This document shows, in pieces, positions 13,460-25,235 of a DNA stretch of 64,000 nt (positions are counted from its first letter, which is position 1; every line of letters begins with the position of its first letter). Position numbers and translations under genes: made by a program. A model generated the notes under the pieces. That model was not told where the DNA came from and searched no databases. It saw only the letters and a program-made list of their open reading frames with translations. Source of the stretch: Lama glama (taxonomy: Eukaryota); assembly GCA_028534125.1 (NCBI GenBank), contig CM052816.1, positions 40,426,001 to 40,490,000 on the forward strand. The letters are read 5' to 3'.

Positions 13460-14110
13460 TAGGAAACTGAGGACAAGAAAGCTTAGAGTAGAGGCATGTG
13501 GATGGACATACAAGAGTGGGCACCATATTAGAAGACCTCTGTATCCCATGTTCATCCTCACCACAAAGCATTCACCACAGAAGAGGCCATAAACATCCAA
13601 GCAGACAAAATGGGCCAGTCGGATGACATCAGTTTGTGCCTGTAATCTGATCTCCTAGTGCCAGCCCAGTAGACACATGCATGAAGTGGCTGCAGTGGTG
13701 GTTATAGAGGCTGTGCATGAAACAAATAGCACTGACTCCACTAAACGAGATCTCCTGGGGGTCAGCATCAGATACGAAAGCCGAGTCTTTGATACGGACC
13801 ATTTCTTGAGGAGACGAAGTTTGGTCATTTGGTGTCAAGTTAACTACATTGTTCCCCTTACATCCTGGAAGGGCCAGTGGTTCATCAGAAGAACAGACAC
13901 ATATTCTGGCAGTAGGTTTGCCTTTCTTGTCCACAAGATCTCAGCCAGCACTATTATTCGAGGGCTTACAGGGTATTTCAGTAACTGACAATAGATCCCA
14001 CATAATGTCATATCAGATCAGAAGACCCACTTTATACAAAAGGAAAGCAGAAATGGTCCCATCACATACCATACCACCCCAGCTGCCAGCATGACAGAAC
14101 AGTGAAAAAT
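13460..14110 (+). pseudogene. Decayed ERVL pol (RNase H end and integrase)
   Basis: ORF 13677-13988 contains WCQVNYIVPLTSWKGQWFIRRTDTYSGSRFAF...SASTIIRGLT, close to the ERVL integrase WQVDYIGPLPSWKGQRF..TGIDTYSGYGFAF. Upstream RGMWMDI and SHVHPHHKA resemble ERVL RNase H. Confidence 0.85.
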
Positions 14111-14212
14111 TTTATGAAGACCCAACTAGGAGGTGGGGGTGGCAGCCTGGTGACAATATAATGAAGGTCTTATATTTCAGTATGCAGTATATGCATTGAA
14201 TTAAGGCTTGTT

Positions 14213-14294
14213 GAGGAGGGTAGTTCAGCTCTAAAGGTGGAGTGCATGCCTAGCATACACAAGGTCCCAAGTTCAGTCTCCCGTACCTCCATAA

Positions 14295-14333
<39 letters not shown>

Positions 14334-14385
14334 AATAAACCTGATTACCTTCCACTTCACCCTCCCGAAAAAGTTGGCGGGGGGG
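14213..14385 (+). mobile_element. Camelid Vic-1-type tRNA-derived SINE with (AAAT)n, inserted in the ERVL
   Basis: GGAGGGTAGTTCAGCTC..GGTGGAGTGCATGCCTAGCATACACAAGGTCCCAAGTTCAGTCTCCCGTACCTCC, then (AAAT)n and AAACCTGATTACCT. TSD AAGGCTTGTT (14203-14212) / AAGACTTGTT (14386-14395). Confidence 0.85.
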
Positions 14386-14944
14386 AAGACTTGTTTGGCT
14401 CTGAACTTGCATAAGAAGAATATGTGGCTTCAGGAACCACGAAGAAAATAGGAGTGGCCCCCCACCTACACTCCTAGTAATTCACTCAGTGTTTTTGTGA
14501 TGGACATGGTAGATACGACACATCTCCCTTTAACTAAAGACTTGCTGTCTAAACACTGGGAGTACCTTCACGGACAGTTTCCATCTGTCAGATATTCATG
14601 GGCTGTCCAAATACAGAGATCACCTTCACCCAAGGTTGTAGTGTTTCTTGTGCTGCCTGCATCTGGTGACTAACTGAGACTGGAGTACAAAGGTCAGGCT
14701 ATACCTCCAGGCAGGAGGCTTTTATAGCCAGTGCTTGCTCTAAAGCTCTCTACTGAGTTGGCAAGGCTTTGATGGTCCTGTATTGTTGTTCGCTTTTCCC
14801 CACTACTCATTTCCATTACCCTCTCCCCTTCATTTCACAGATGTTGATTCCTATTAAATATCTTACACCACAAATTCTGTCTTAGCATCTGCATGTGAAG
14901 AACCCAACTTGTGACAATATTATAGGAGTTTTTTATCTTTTGTA

Positions 14945-15060
14945 GAGATGATGCATTTGTGAGGCTGGAATCATGTCTTCTTTACCATTTTATCTACTGA
15001 AACTGTTACAATGTTTGGCATATCATATGTACTCAGAAAATATGGAAAGAATGAAGAAAT
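14945..15060 (+). mobile_element. L2 3' end
   Basis: TGAGGCTGGAATCATGTCTT...ACAATGTTTGGCATATCATATGTACTCAG...GAATGAA. Confidence 0.65.
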
Positions 15061-16129
15061 TTTAAATATGTAAGAAAGATAGGAAACATGTAAATGCTAC
15101 AGAGTAATACTTAAATTAGAATTATAAACATTATATTGGTTCAAATAAAAATAACTTAAAATGATAACATTACATAACTTACTTTATATGTAAATGTGAA
15201 TTACTCCATAATTTTCTTTAATCTTTAATCTAATTGAATCAACAATAGATCTGTCTAAAATTTCATGATGCTTCAGTGATAACTCTGCTATTTTCTTTAA
15301 GACCATTTATATCTCTAAGTAGTTAGGGAAAAGGAATATCTAAAATGAATCCATAAATGAGAAAAGGATGTGATAATATTGCTTTGTTTCTGCTTTAAAT
15401 TCTTGCTATGTTTTTTTCTTTTGAAATACTTAAGTTTTGGGTACATTTTATACCAAAGAAAATATTATCTTCTATCACTGTCAGCAGACACAAATTTTTG
15501 CATTGGATTTGAATTTGTTTTTAATACAATTCTGTATGGTATAGCTCACTGTAGCAAAATTGCTTCATAGTAGGGTAAAGCAGGTACTGTTATACTTTGA
15601 GGATTTATGATAAACTTCCAATAAGACTAGTGATTCATATATTTTCCCAACACAATCTCATGAAAACAAATTTTATGACAAGTACAAGACATATCTTTTT
15701 TTTTTCACTTCTGTGTTTAAAAATTAGAAGAGGGTCTCATTTGATTTCATGAGTGAATAGTTAAATTTTTCATATGTTAAAATTTTGTGTAATTTTATAA
15801 TAGACATTCTTATTTTGAAAGAGTGTAAGTCATTGTTCAAGTGTATATTTAATCATTTAATTGAATGTGTATAGGAAAAAATTTTAAACTACACTATCAA
15901 TATCAAAATGCTAATATGAAAAAAGTTATCACAAAAGGAGCATAACTAAAGGATATATCTGGTTAAAATTACAAGAAAGGACAATTATCTTCATTCATTA
16001 TGGCTTTTGTGAAATAAAATCAAGTATTTCTTTAAAGCATATATTATATACTTACATTATAGGGATATTTTGGATGTAAAGACATAATCCTGACACTTAA
16101 AAACATTATAGTTTAGCATGGTGGCTTCA

Positions 16130-16290
16130 CACTACATAGAAAGAGCACACTTTTGGAGTCAAAGATACTAGGGATTGAACCTTGGCTCAGAAAATTCCTA
16201 GCTATAATATTTTGGGCAAGTTACATTTTTCTAAGGCTCAGTCTTCACCTGAAAAAATTAGGTAAAATTACTTCTCTTCCAAGATTATTG
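16130..16290 (+). mobile_element. MIR SINE
   Basis: AAGAGCACACTTTTGGAGTCA...TTGGGCAAGTTAC...CTCAGTCTTCACCTGAAAAA. Confidence 0.75.
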
Positions 16291-16299
16291 TATTTCTTC

Positions 16300-17240
16300 T
16301 CATCCTCTTTTATAGGCTTCCCTGTGTTGACCCGTAATCCAAACAAGAGGGTTTGTTCTGTGAACATCTATTCTTGGTCCATTATTTCTTTCTGTCTTCA
16401 CATTTCTGCTGGCTGATTCCACCACTCACAAGGTTTTTACTACTACATACTTACTGATGAATCCCAAGGTTAAGTCAGCAGGCTGTGTATCTCCCCCAAG
16501 TCTGAAACATTTTTCCCACTGTACATATTCACTTGGTTGATTCTCCAGACACCTCACATTGAATCTGCATAGTTAAGTTCCTCATCTCTGCTACGCTTCA
16601 CTCTCAAACTTTTTCTCCATACCACCAATACCTTCATCAGCACTTTACCAGGAAAATCTCTCCAAATGGAACTTTATCCCCAAAAGTTCTGTTGACTCTC
16701 TTCATCCAACATGCTTTTACAGAATGTGAAAATGCCATCCATCTGTATAGTCACTCATATAACACATTAACATTTCAGGTTAAAACTTTCAAAATGTCCT
16801 GCTTCCCAGAGTACATTTATTGTCTCTGTTGGGCATATAAGGCCTTATATGAGCTGGTCCCTACTTATGTCAACAGACATTCTTCCTCTCTCTTTTGTAG
16901 TTCAGTAATACACAGTTTTAAGAATTAGCTTGTTTCTTATTACATGTCATACTGTTTTCACACCTCTGCATGTGCTGTGCCTTTTCTTCTACTTGGAATA
17001 TTTTTCCAATATTCTTTAGGATTCAATTAAAGTATCTTTTCACTCAGAAGGCCTTCTCTGAATCTCCAAATTGAGTTTAGTGCTCCTCTTTTTACTACTT
17101 GTCACATTTTAATAAAATTACTTGCTTATACACCCTCAACATACATGGTTGTGGTGTTTGAAGGGAAGTTACCTGTCTCTATTTATATCCATTCAGCAAC
17201 TAGCAAACTGCTCAGTGGTAGTTAGTGGTACTAGAATAAT
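16300..17240 (+). mobile_element. L2 fragment (RT region to 3' end)
   Basis: CTTACTGATGAATCCCAA resembles the YADDSQ codons. Also CAGACACCTCACATTGAA, AAGGCCTTATATGAGCTGGTCCCTAC and TCAGAAGGCCTTCTCTGA. Confidence 0.7.
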
Positions 17241-19364
17241 TGATATTATTCAGACTCTAAAAATTAATAAAGTGAGAAGCAGCAGAGGTGCGGGGCTTTA
17301 TCCAACCCTATCTCCATTGACTTCTTTCAAAAATCATGCCAATAAATATACCAAGTAAAAAAACGGTTGTTTAGTAGATAATAGGAGATTGTAGATAAAT
17401 TCCTTAGCCTTCAACTTCCAACCAGAATGTCACCTAAGCTCTTTGCATCTGCAAATTGTGACAATGTCATTGAATATTGATTATGATTATTATTTAAAAT
17501 AAAACCAAAATGCTTTAGTTGCTTTTGGTTTTTAATAAAAAGATTAACTGCTTTTATTGTAATTGTTATCATATTGAGATTTACCATTGTTTTGAATCAC
17601 AGATTATTTTTAATCACAAAGTTTTAAAGGCAAGGAACAGGCACTATAAAAAACTGTAAGAAATGTTTCCACAATTATCTGAGACAACTTATTTCTGAAG
17701 ATATTTCCTATTATTAAATAATGCTCCACTACCATCAAAATGCTCTATTATTTACAGATATGATAGTAAGACAAAACTGGAAGAAACATGAGTAGTTTAA
17801 AAACCTTATAATTCTAAACTTAAATTACTTTCTGCTCATCTTGCCATTTCTTTATTCATATTTTTGTCCAGTTAAACTTTATTCTAGGAAAAATTAATAA
17901 ACATCTATTGCTATAATTTTAAATAAAATGTTTACATTCATACTGTTTGAATCATAATCTATTTTGGTTCAGTATGGCTGGGTGTAAATAAGAGATTAAA
18001 AATAGCTTCTCTTTTTTTTTCAGTTACTTTTTAATGTCTCATCTCAATTTTCAAAGCTTCAATACTTTCTAATAGGTTATTTACTCTGTTAAGTAAGAGC
18101 ATCTTTACAAAGCCTGCTGCAATTTTTTTAATAGTCCTTAATGGACTAACAACTTACATTGAGACCATCTTAAGCTATTGTTAGGGAGATAGCTATTTGC
18201 AAAAAGTCAGAGCTCAACCAAGGATGTGCCTCATGCACATAAAGACTCCATTTATAAGAAGATGTCAAATAGAATCACCATACTAGTTACTCAGGAAAAA
18301 AAAAAAAAGAACAGAGTAATTTTAACAACAGGAAAGAACAAAGAAGGAATTAAATCTAATGGTCCTATGGTACTTATCTTGATTTCAAAGAACGATTTGT
18401 TATCTATCATGAGACAGCGTGCCTTGTTTACCTCACTCATGATGGGAACATCTTAACTAATGTTTTGAATTGTTGCCAAAGAACGCAATCCAAGTGATAC
18501 TGAAACAAACGACCATTTACTGACAATGATTCTATTAAAAGTACAATTATTTGACTTCAACCAACAAATCAGAGTTGATTATAAAAATCATAATCTAAAT
18601 GTTTGTTTACAATTTTCAATATTTCTTACTGAAAACATTAATTCCTAGTTAAAATTTTAGATATGAGTTTCATTAACAGCTTTTTAAAATCTGGGCTTAT
18701 ATGTATTAAAAGTGAGGATAAGACTACTTGTTAAAAAAAAATGTGAAATTGTACTATGTACCATGGAACGATTTCAAACTTATTTCATTTCTGAAAAACT
18801 AAAACATATGATTTGAAATGTCAGACCTTAGATGTATGAACAGACTTCTCATAATCCATTATCCAAAATAAACTACCTTGTTTAGGAACTTTGTGTAGGC
18901 AGACAAGCTAAAATCATGCTTCATAAATGAAAGGGTTTACACTAAAGTTAAGATGTTAATCTGTTATGAACTCAAAATGATTTTTAAAGATGTATATGTG
19001 CTTCTTATTTAGTGCTACCAAAGTGGCTTCATATTTTCAAACTCTGCTCCCAAGGCTTACTCCAATTAATTAAAATCACCTGACAAGTTAAATAAAATTG
19101 ATGGGAATTCATATAAACAATATTGATGAAGGAAAAAAAGTTATTGAGCATTATATACAGGGTGATTCTATGTGAAGGGAGGTGGTAAACGATTAAGTAA
19201 ACAATCTGAATTAAAGGAAACTTTCATATTGTATTTTATACATGTCCTGGGTGTTTGAATTTTTTTTAAAGAACCAACCTAAATTAATTCTGAAATTAGG
19301 AAAAATCCATGTTTTTAAAAAGAAAGTTCTATATATATGTAACTACTAAAAATCACTACTTCTT

Positions 19365-19605
19365 GGTGAGCATTCCTCGATACCATGTCTGAAATTCACC
19401 CCCTTTCCTGATTCATTTTTTTCTCCTTAGAACCATGCTCCACCTAAAGTAATACACAGTTTGCCTTTTTACCATGTTCATTTTCTGGCTTCTCATTAAG
19501 AATGTAACTCCAGGAAGGTAGAGATTTTTATCTGCTTGTTTACCACTGAATCTCTAGTACCAAAACATGATGTATAATAAGTGGATGCTTAACGAATGAA
19601 TATGT
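19365..19605 (+). mobile_element. L2a 3' end
   Basis: AGAATGTAACTCCAGGAAGGTAGAGATTTTTATCTGCTTGTTTACCACTGAATCTCTAGTACC...GAATGAAT. Confidence 0.8.
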
Positions 19606-20379
19606 ATAGTTTTATCCATTAATCTATTCAAAATACATATATATGTGCATAGTATATATTCATATTTATATTACATAGAAAGATTCATGTTCTCCTACTT
19701 TTGTCTAGTCCCCTACCTGCCTTTCAAAGAAAGGAAAAAAAAAAGAGATTCAAAAAAGAAAAACTTCCATACCTCATGAAGAATACTGTTTATGTAAATA
19801 ACTTCCATTTTTATGACAAATGACAAAGTTGAAAGAGTGCTCTATGAGAACATTTGAAAAGTAATCTTTGAAACAACACAAGAACAAATGAGGCATTTGA
19901 TATATTTATGATTGTGGGCATAATTGTTGCTGCCGACTATGCATATATCTTGAGTTTTCAAAATGCATTTCATTTCTATTACAGTCTTGGAAAAAAAGCA
20001 GTTTTCCATAATGCGCTGTTTGCATCCTGCTGAGGACGAATGTGTATTCAGAATAAAAAACATGCCAGACATCAGGAAAGTTGCCTTTTGTCAGAATCGT
20101 GAGCCTTTTGAAATTAAACTATAAAAATAGTTGATTCACAAATACTCTTTGTGTGCCTACAGAATTAAAAGGTTCTGATGAGTTTTTTGAAGTTAGAATC
20201 ACATGCTACCTATATATATACATATATGAAAAAGATGCTACCTGGCTATTTCTCCTTGATAGAGCATTTAATTTCAACAATTTGGTGAAAAATTATTAAG
20301 AAACAACTATGTGCAAGACACCATGGTAAATCCTAGGGAGGAATACAAAGATGAGCACATATGGTCTCTTCCCAATAAT

Positions 20380-20570
20380 ACCATCACCACTATCCACAAC
20401 AGCTGCCATTTTTTGAATGCCTCCCGTATACCAGACACACTATGAGGTGTGTTATTTTTGCACATGATGACTGTTTCTTAAAATATCCTTTTTGAATAAT
20501 ATATTGTAATCATTTTACAGAAGAATTTGAGACTCAGAGAGGTAATTCTTTTCACAATTATCTGGTATTA
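20380..20570 (-). mobile_element. MIR SINE (preceded by an antisense L2 end at ~20270-20370)
   Basis: CATTTTTTGAATGCC, CCAGACACACT and CATTTTACAGAAGAATTTGAGACTCAGAGAGGT. Confidence 0.7.
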
Positions 20571-20619
20571 ATCTCATATTGGAGTATGTGCCTGTTCCTA
20601 TGAGAACTGTTTCATCATC

Positions 20620-20930
20620 TGTAACAGATGTGATTTACACTTGCCATGTTTACAATATGTGGTCCTTTCGCAGCTACAATTTGTTGGATCAGGGATAGAC
20701 ACTAGAATTCATCTAGACTATTAATATTCTCTTAGGAATTTGAAATTGGGATTGAAAGAATCCAGTTTGTTTGCCCAGACTACTTAAGCTCATCTGAATA
20801 AAGTGAGTATCTGTTGAATAAGACTTCTTCTGCAGGGAGAAGCAGAAAGCACAAATCTGTAAGAAGAAAGAAGTAAGCTTATAAAGAAAAGAGAGGTGAA
20901 CTACCTTTTGAGAGTATTTTCATTTCCTTT
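20620..20930 (+). mobile_element. Old ERVL/MaLR LTR fragment (LTR67/MLT1L-like)
   Basis: GGATCAGGGATAGACAC...CTTAGGAATTTGAAATTGGGATTGAAAGA motif. Confidence 0.4.
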
Positions 20931-21699
20931 AATCAAGATAAGGTACAAGTGATTACCTGGGGACTTTCTTATTTTGAGAAAGATCTAAGAAAACTGTTGA
21001 GCAGTTCAAAAAACATCTGTAACCATGTGGTAATAATTTGCTAGTATACAAATCAAGCTCCCATTCTAGTGTACAATTGCTTTGATACCTAATTATTAAT
21101 AACTTTAATAAGAATTAATTCATTTAGCATTCCCACTCATTTTCCTTTATGTTAATACATGTTCATAATGATTGCTAGTTTCCTTTTTAAATTTTACCAC
21201 ATAAAGGCATTCATGGACACTGAGAGATCTTTAAATATCAAATTTGGATCTTCGGGCATATAATTTTAATATTATGTCATCTTTGATTCAACCCTATCAT
21301 ATGTGTAACTTACCCATACTCTTACCAGACAAAGGCATTTTTACAGTACCAAACCTAAGGATCTATAGACATTATTGGCTAAAAAATATATTAAGAAAGA
21401 TGTATTGGAAAATATAAATAGCCATGTATTTCTGTTGACTGGAAAATTAATGGACAAAAATGCTTTTAGATTGCAGTTCTCTTGCAGATATATTCTCATA
21501 GTACATACGGGACAAAGTCATGCTGTTGAAATGCTACCACTACTACCTATGGTTTACTACTATTGCTGTCACTAGTAACACTATGACTAAAGCTATTACA
21601 ACAATGAGGACTACTGCTACCACCACCACCACCAAAACCACTACTATGCTGGCTAACATTATATGATACTCACCTCTGTCAGTGCTGTTACAAAAAGTG

Positions 21700-21915
21700 A
21701 CTCAGAGCTTTGGACACAAAAATCAGACATTAGTTCTTGCAGTTCATATTTAAAGTTGGTAGTATATTATCTTTGATTTGAGCAAGCCATTGAAATTATT
21801 TGAGAGAAATCTTCCTGATTAGTATAATTTTAGAAGTTTTATAACAAAAATGAGATGAAGCACATGAAAGTGCTTTCTGAAATGGACACCATTATACATA
21901 TTTAGTTATTTATAC
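21700..21915 (+). mobile_element. MIR SINE (degraded)
   Basis: TTTGAGCAAGCCATTGAA...AAATGAGATGAAGCACATGAAAGTGCTT. Confidence 0.55.
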
Positions 21916-22340
21916 TATTTACTATGCTCTAACTAAATGCTTATTTTTGGAGTTATTGACCTTAATTAATAGTAAAGAAAGTCACACTTGTGATAATTGG
22001 AAGGCTGTACACTAATCATATGTTTCTTGCCATAATCAGTTATGAATAGAAACTTCTATCATTTCTATCTACTAGTGTAATTAATTTTTATTGCCTAAAA
22101 GGATCATGCAATCACTTTGTCAATATATAGAATAACTACTATTATTTCAATAACTTTTATACATGGGTAGCATATTTGAATCTCCATCTCTACCAATATA
22201 CTCAAAGACAACATTTGGCGTAACAGATCCCTGGGTTTCTTCAATATGTTTCACATCTATCCACATGAAACAAGCAGCTCTGTTCCATAATTAATGATGC
22301 AATATACTCCTTTTAAATAAGGATTTTATCAGCCTATATA

Positions 22341-22531
22341 ACTAATGACAGAGTCACCTAAATGACCACTTGGCATCATTAAATTTACCAACTACTGTGC
22401 TATCATCAATTCCAATTAAATTCTAAGTATGTCTCTCACCAACATGTAAACACATTTTCTAATTGGGAAGTACCATCATGAGTAAATTTAATGGTGCCAA
22501 GTTGGCCATTTAAGTGATTTAGTAGTTTAGT
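22341..22531. repeat. Foldback / long inverted repeat, MITE-like
   Basis: 22354-22388 and 22482-22517 are reverse complements at 32/36 positions. Pairing extends outward to ACTAA/TTAGT and inward via TTCCAATTA/TAATTGGGA. Confidence 0.85.
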
Positions 22532-22854
22532 GGGAAATCGATTGGCTTTGAAGGTATTCCTTTTCTATCAGTCACATTTATTGCAGTTGGGAATATTCAT
22601 TTGATAAAGACTGTTAGAGAAACCAATTCTAACCTCATATAAGGCAAGTTTACTACATTTAGCAGTGATCATAAGTGTCTTCTGGGATGGTGTGTTACCA
22701 CAACAGCTGAATTTAAGTTATGAAACCCCAAAAGGAAATATTGGACAGTCAACATAAGTAAATCAGACAAATAAAATTAACACGAGTTTGACTGGTAGTT
22801 GATGCTGGAGAAATGTTTTCCCCATGAGGTATCATAAAAGAGTGGGCAGCCATC

Positions 22855-22945
22855 TAGCCTTTTCTTATTTGCTTGTTTACCCTCAGCATCTAGTACACTG
22901 TCAAACACATAGCAGAGGTTTGTTGAATGAGTGAATGAACCACAG
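22855..22945 (+). mobile_element. L2 3' end
   Basis: CCCTCAGCATCTAGTACACTGTCAAACACATAGCAG...TTTGTTGAATGAGTGAATGAA. Confidence 0.75.
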
Positions 22946-23009
22946 AGGTAGCTCAGTGACAGCATCTTCCTCTGTGTTTTGGACATCTGGAAGAGGATTG
23001 TCAATAAAA

Positions 23010-24076
23010 ATAATAGCAAATAATACTTACTGAGCTAATAATGTTCTGAGGGGTGGAAGAACTTTTCATTTGCTGTATACTTTGTTGTTCGCAATAACCA
23101 AATACGTAATTGGCTAGAATTTTGGACAAAAACCAGAAACTCCATCTATATAATTAAATAACCAGAAACTCTTGTCTATATAGTTAAATGTAAGGAGTTA
23201 AGTTCTTCACAACATTGTTAAGTGTTGCAGGTACAGATTCTGGATGGCCTCCAGGATTGACCCCACCCCTATGACAGAAGCTGACCACTAAAGCAGTTAC
23301 CCCTCTGCCACAGCTGCCTTCAACAGCCTCACACCTGAACACTTACCACAGACATCTTCACATTTTTACTTGCCAGCAGAAAGCAGCCGAAGCAGCTGGA
23401 AGATAGCCTCTGCTACATTTATGCCTTCCAGACCTCAGAGAAGTATGTTTAATTGTAGTGACTAGTTTTTCCGTCCAGAACTTCAGCCGCAAGGAAGTCT
23501 AGAAATCATTGTTCTTAGTTTTTTTAGCCTCTTCTTTAGAGCAAGGAATGAGAGAATAGGTAGGAGAGATTTTAGTTCCATCAAATATATTTATTACAGA
23601 CTTTATTGTTCCCATATCCACATATGGGAATTATGAGCCAGATAGTTTAGGTAACTTGCTGACAGTCATAGAGCTAGCATGCGGGGGGTTCAAACCCAGG
23701 TGTATTTAAGATTCATATGCTAGGATAAGCAGTAGAAAAAACGACATGAACACTTCAAAATTTCAAAGGTTTATATTAACAAATAGCAAGTTGTCTTCCT
23801 CATTCTGGAATGGCCGTAGCCTGGAGTCACTGTGGAGAGGAACAAAGAAGGTGGTGAGCCTAATGCTGTCTCTTAACCTTCTGCCCAGAAGTGACACGTG
23901 TTATTTTCTCTCATATTTCATTTGACCAAAGCAAATCACAAGATCACATCTCTCTTCACCAGCATAGAGTTGGGTGTGTATAATACTCCCTCAGCAAGGG
24001 GAATCAAACATTTGTGAAAAATAGAGACTATCATGACAGATCTATCTGGCTATAAACCTGATGCTCTTAACCACTG
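23010..24076 (-). mobile_element. MIR pieces (~23010-23100, ~23600-23705, 24039-24076) interleaved with two old LTR fragments (~23240-23595; MLT1I-like ~23790-24038)
   Basis: Antisense MIR motifs AATAATAGCAAATAATACTTACTGAG, GGTAACTTGCTGACAGTCATAGAGCTAG..TTCAAACCCAGG and ATGCTCTTAACCACTG. MLT1 motif CTGCCCAGAAGTGACACGTGTTATTTTCTCTCATATTTCATT. Confidence 0.6.
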
Positions 24077-24439
24077 AAAATTTTTTCTTATCCCCTAAAG
24101 ACACTAAGAGAAAGATCCGGATAAGTAGAAGACCTGGCTTCATAGAGAGACCCAAGTTGCTATTGGCTGTTCCATTCTGGGCTCCAGCTTTTGTAGTGAG
24201 GTGCTGTCAGCAGCTAATTTTCTCCCTCCTGAAGCCACCTCTTTTCTCACAAGACAGGGACAAGCCTGGGACAATTAGGGCAAGTGATGGTTTTCGATAA
24301 GGCCAAGCTGAGTTGAGAGAAATGAAGATGCTCACCTTCTAAGGGTTTGTATTTCCCTATCCTATGAAACATTGCCTTTGATGAACTGAGGGGCAACCAG
24401 CAGGGCTATTCTAAGCACCTTTCTGGTATTGAATTGTCA

Positions 24440-24612
24440 TATCAACTTACAAGATAGGTACTACTATAAATCTCAAGTTTAGAGACAGTAAAACTGAGGC
24501 ACAGAAGAAATTAAACAACTTGTGTAAAGTCACCCAAAGCTGTCAGTGCTTGTATTTGAACTCTAGAGATCTTGCTCCTAAGTCCACAATCTTGGCAACT
24601 ATGCATTGCTGC
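24440..24612 (-). mobile_element. MIR SINE
   Basis: AAACTGAGGCACAGAAGAAATTAAACAACTTGTGTAAAGTCACCCA...ATTTGAACTC. Confidence 0.8.
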
Positions 24613-24617
24613 TTTTC

Positions 24618-24723
24618 CTTGTGCCAGACATCATTGTTCTCAGTGTAGGTTCTGGGAATGCAGTGAAGGGCAAACAAACATAATCTATGTCCTCATAGTA
24701 CTAGTCTAGAAAGGAAGTTGGGG

Positions 24724-24767
<44 letters not shown>

Positions 24768-25235
24768 TGACAGAATCACAGAATCATTTATTTACCATGT
24801 TGTGCTTTGAAGGAAACATGTAGCATGTCTGAGACTATAAATCAGAACAGACAGTACTTAAAAATTGTTTGAGTCATTGAAGACTTCCCTGTGGAAATAA
24901 AGTTTGAGTTGAGAGTTAACTGATAGGTTTACTGAGAGAGCCTGGAGAAGTAAGTTTTAGCAATAGGGAACAGCATTTGCAAAGGCCCTAAAATGGGATG
25001 AAATATGATAAATTTTAGATGCCAGATAAAGGCCAACATGAATAGTGCTTTAAAATAGTGCTGTTTTATGCAGCGTAACCTTCAGACAGGAGGTGAAGCT
25101 GAAAACAGGGCAGGGTCCAAACATCTGGCTGGGCTTGTAGGGCACATGAAGGATTTTGGTCTCTATCTTTGGACTGGCAGAAATTCATTGAAGGACTTTG
25201 AACTGGGAATGCCATCATTTTAGATTTGCATTTCA
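24618..25235 (-). mobile_element. L2 fragment
   Basis: TGTGCCAGACA, GGGAACAGCATTTGCAAAGGCCCT, AAGGATTTTGGTCTCTATC and CATTGAAGGACTTTGAAC. Confidence 0.8.
24729..24766 (+). repeat. (TG)19 microsatellite
   Basis: Read directly from the sequence. Confidence 0.97.

Larger units (their letters stand above)
13208..14916 (+). mobile_element. Deleted ERVL provirus (LTR16-like LTRs, ERV3-16A3-like internal): partial 5' LTR 13208-~13425, pol remnant, 3' LTR ~14496-14916
   Basis: Termini are TGTGGCAG and GAACCCAACTTGTGACA with a perfect 5-bp TSD ATATT (13203-13207, 14917-14921). The two LTRs share sequence (AAGGACTTGCTGTC / AAAGACTTGCTGTC). Confidence 0.85.

Noticed and set aside
14213..14290. tRNA-like sequence as a tRNA gene
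   Set aside because: It is the tRNA-derived head of a SINE with tail and TSD, and the A/B boxes are degenerate.
19985..20123. Acceptor-like TTTCTATTACAG followed by a short open frame
   Set aside because: No convincing donor or homology; indistinguishable from chance without conservation data.
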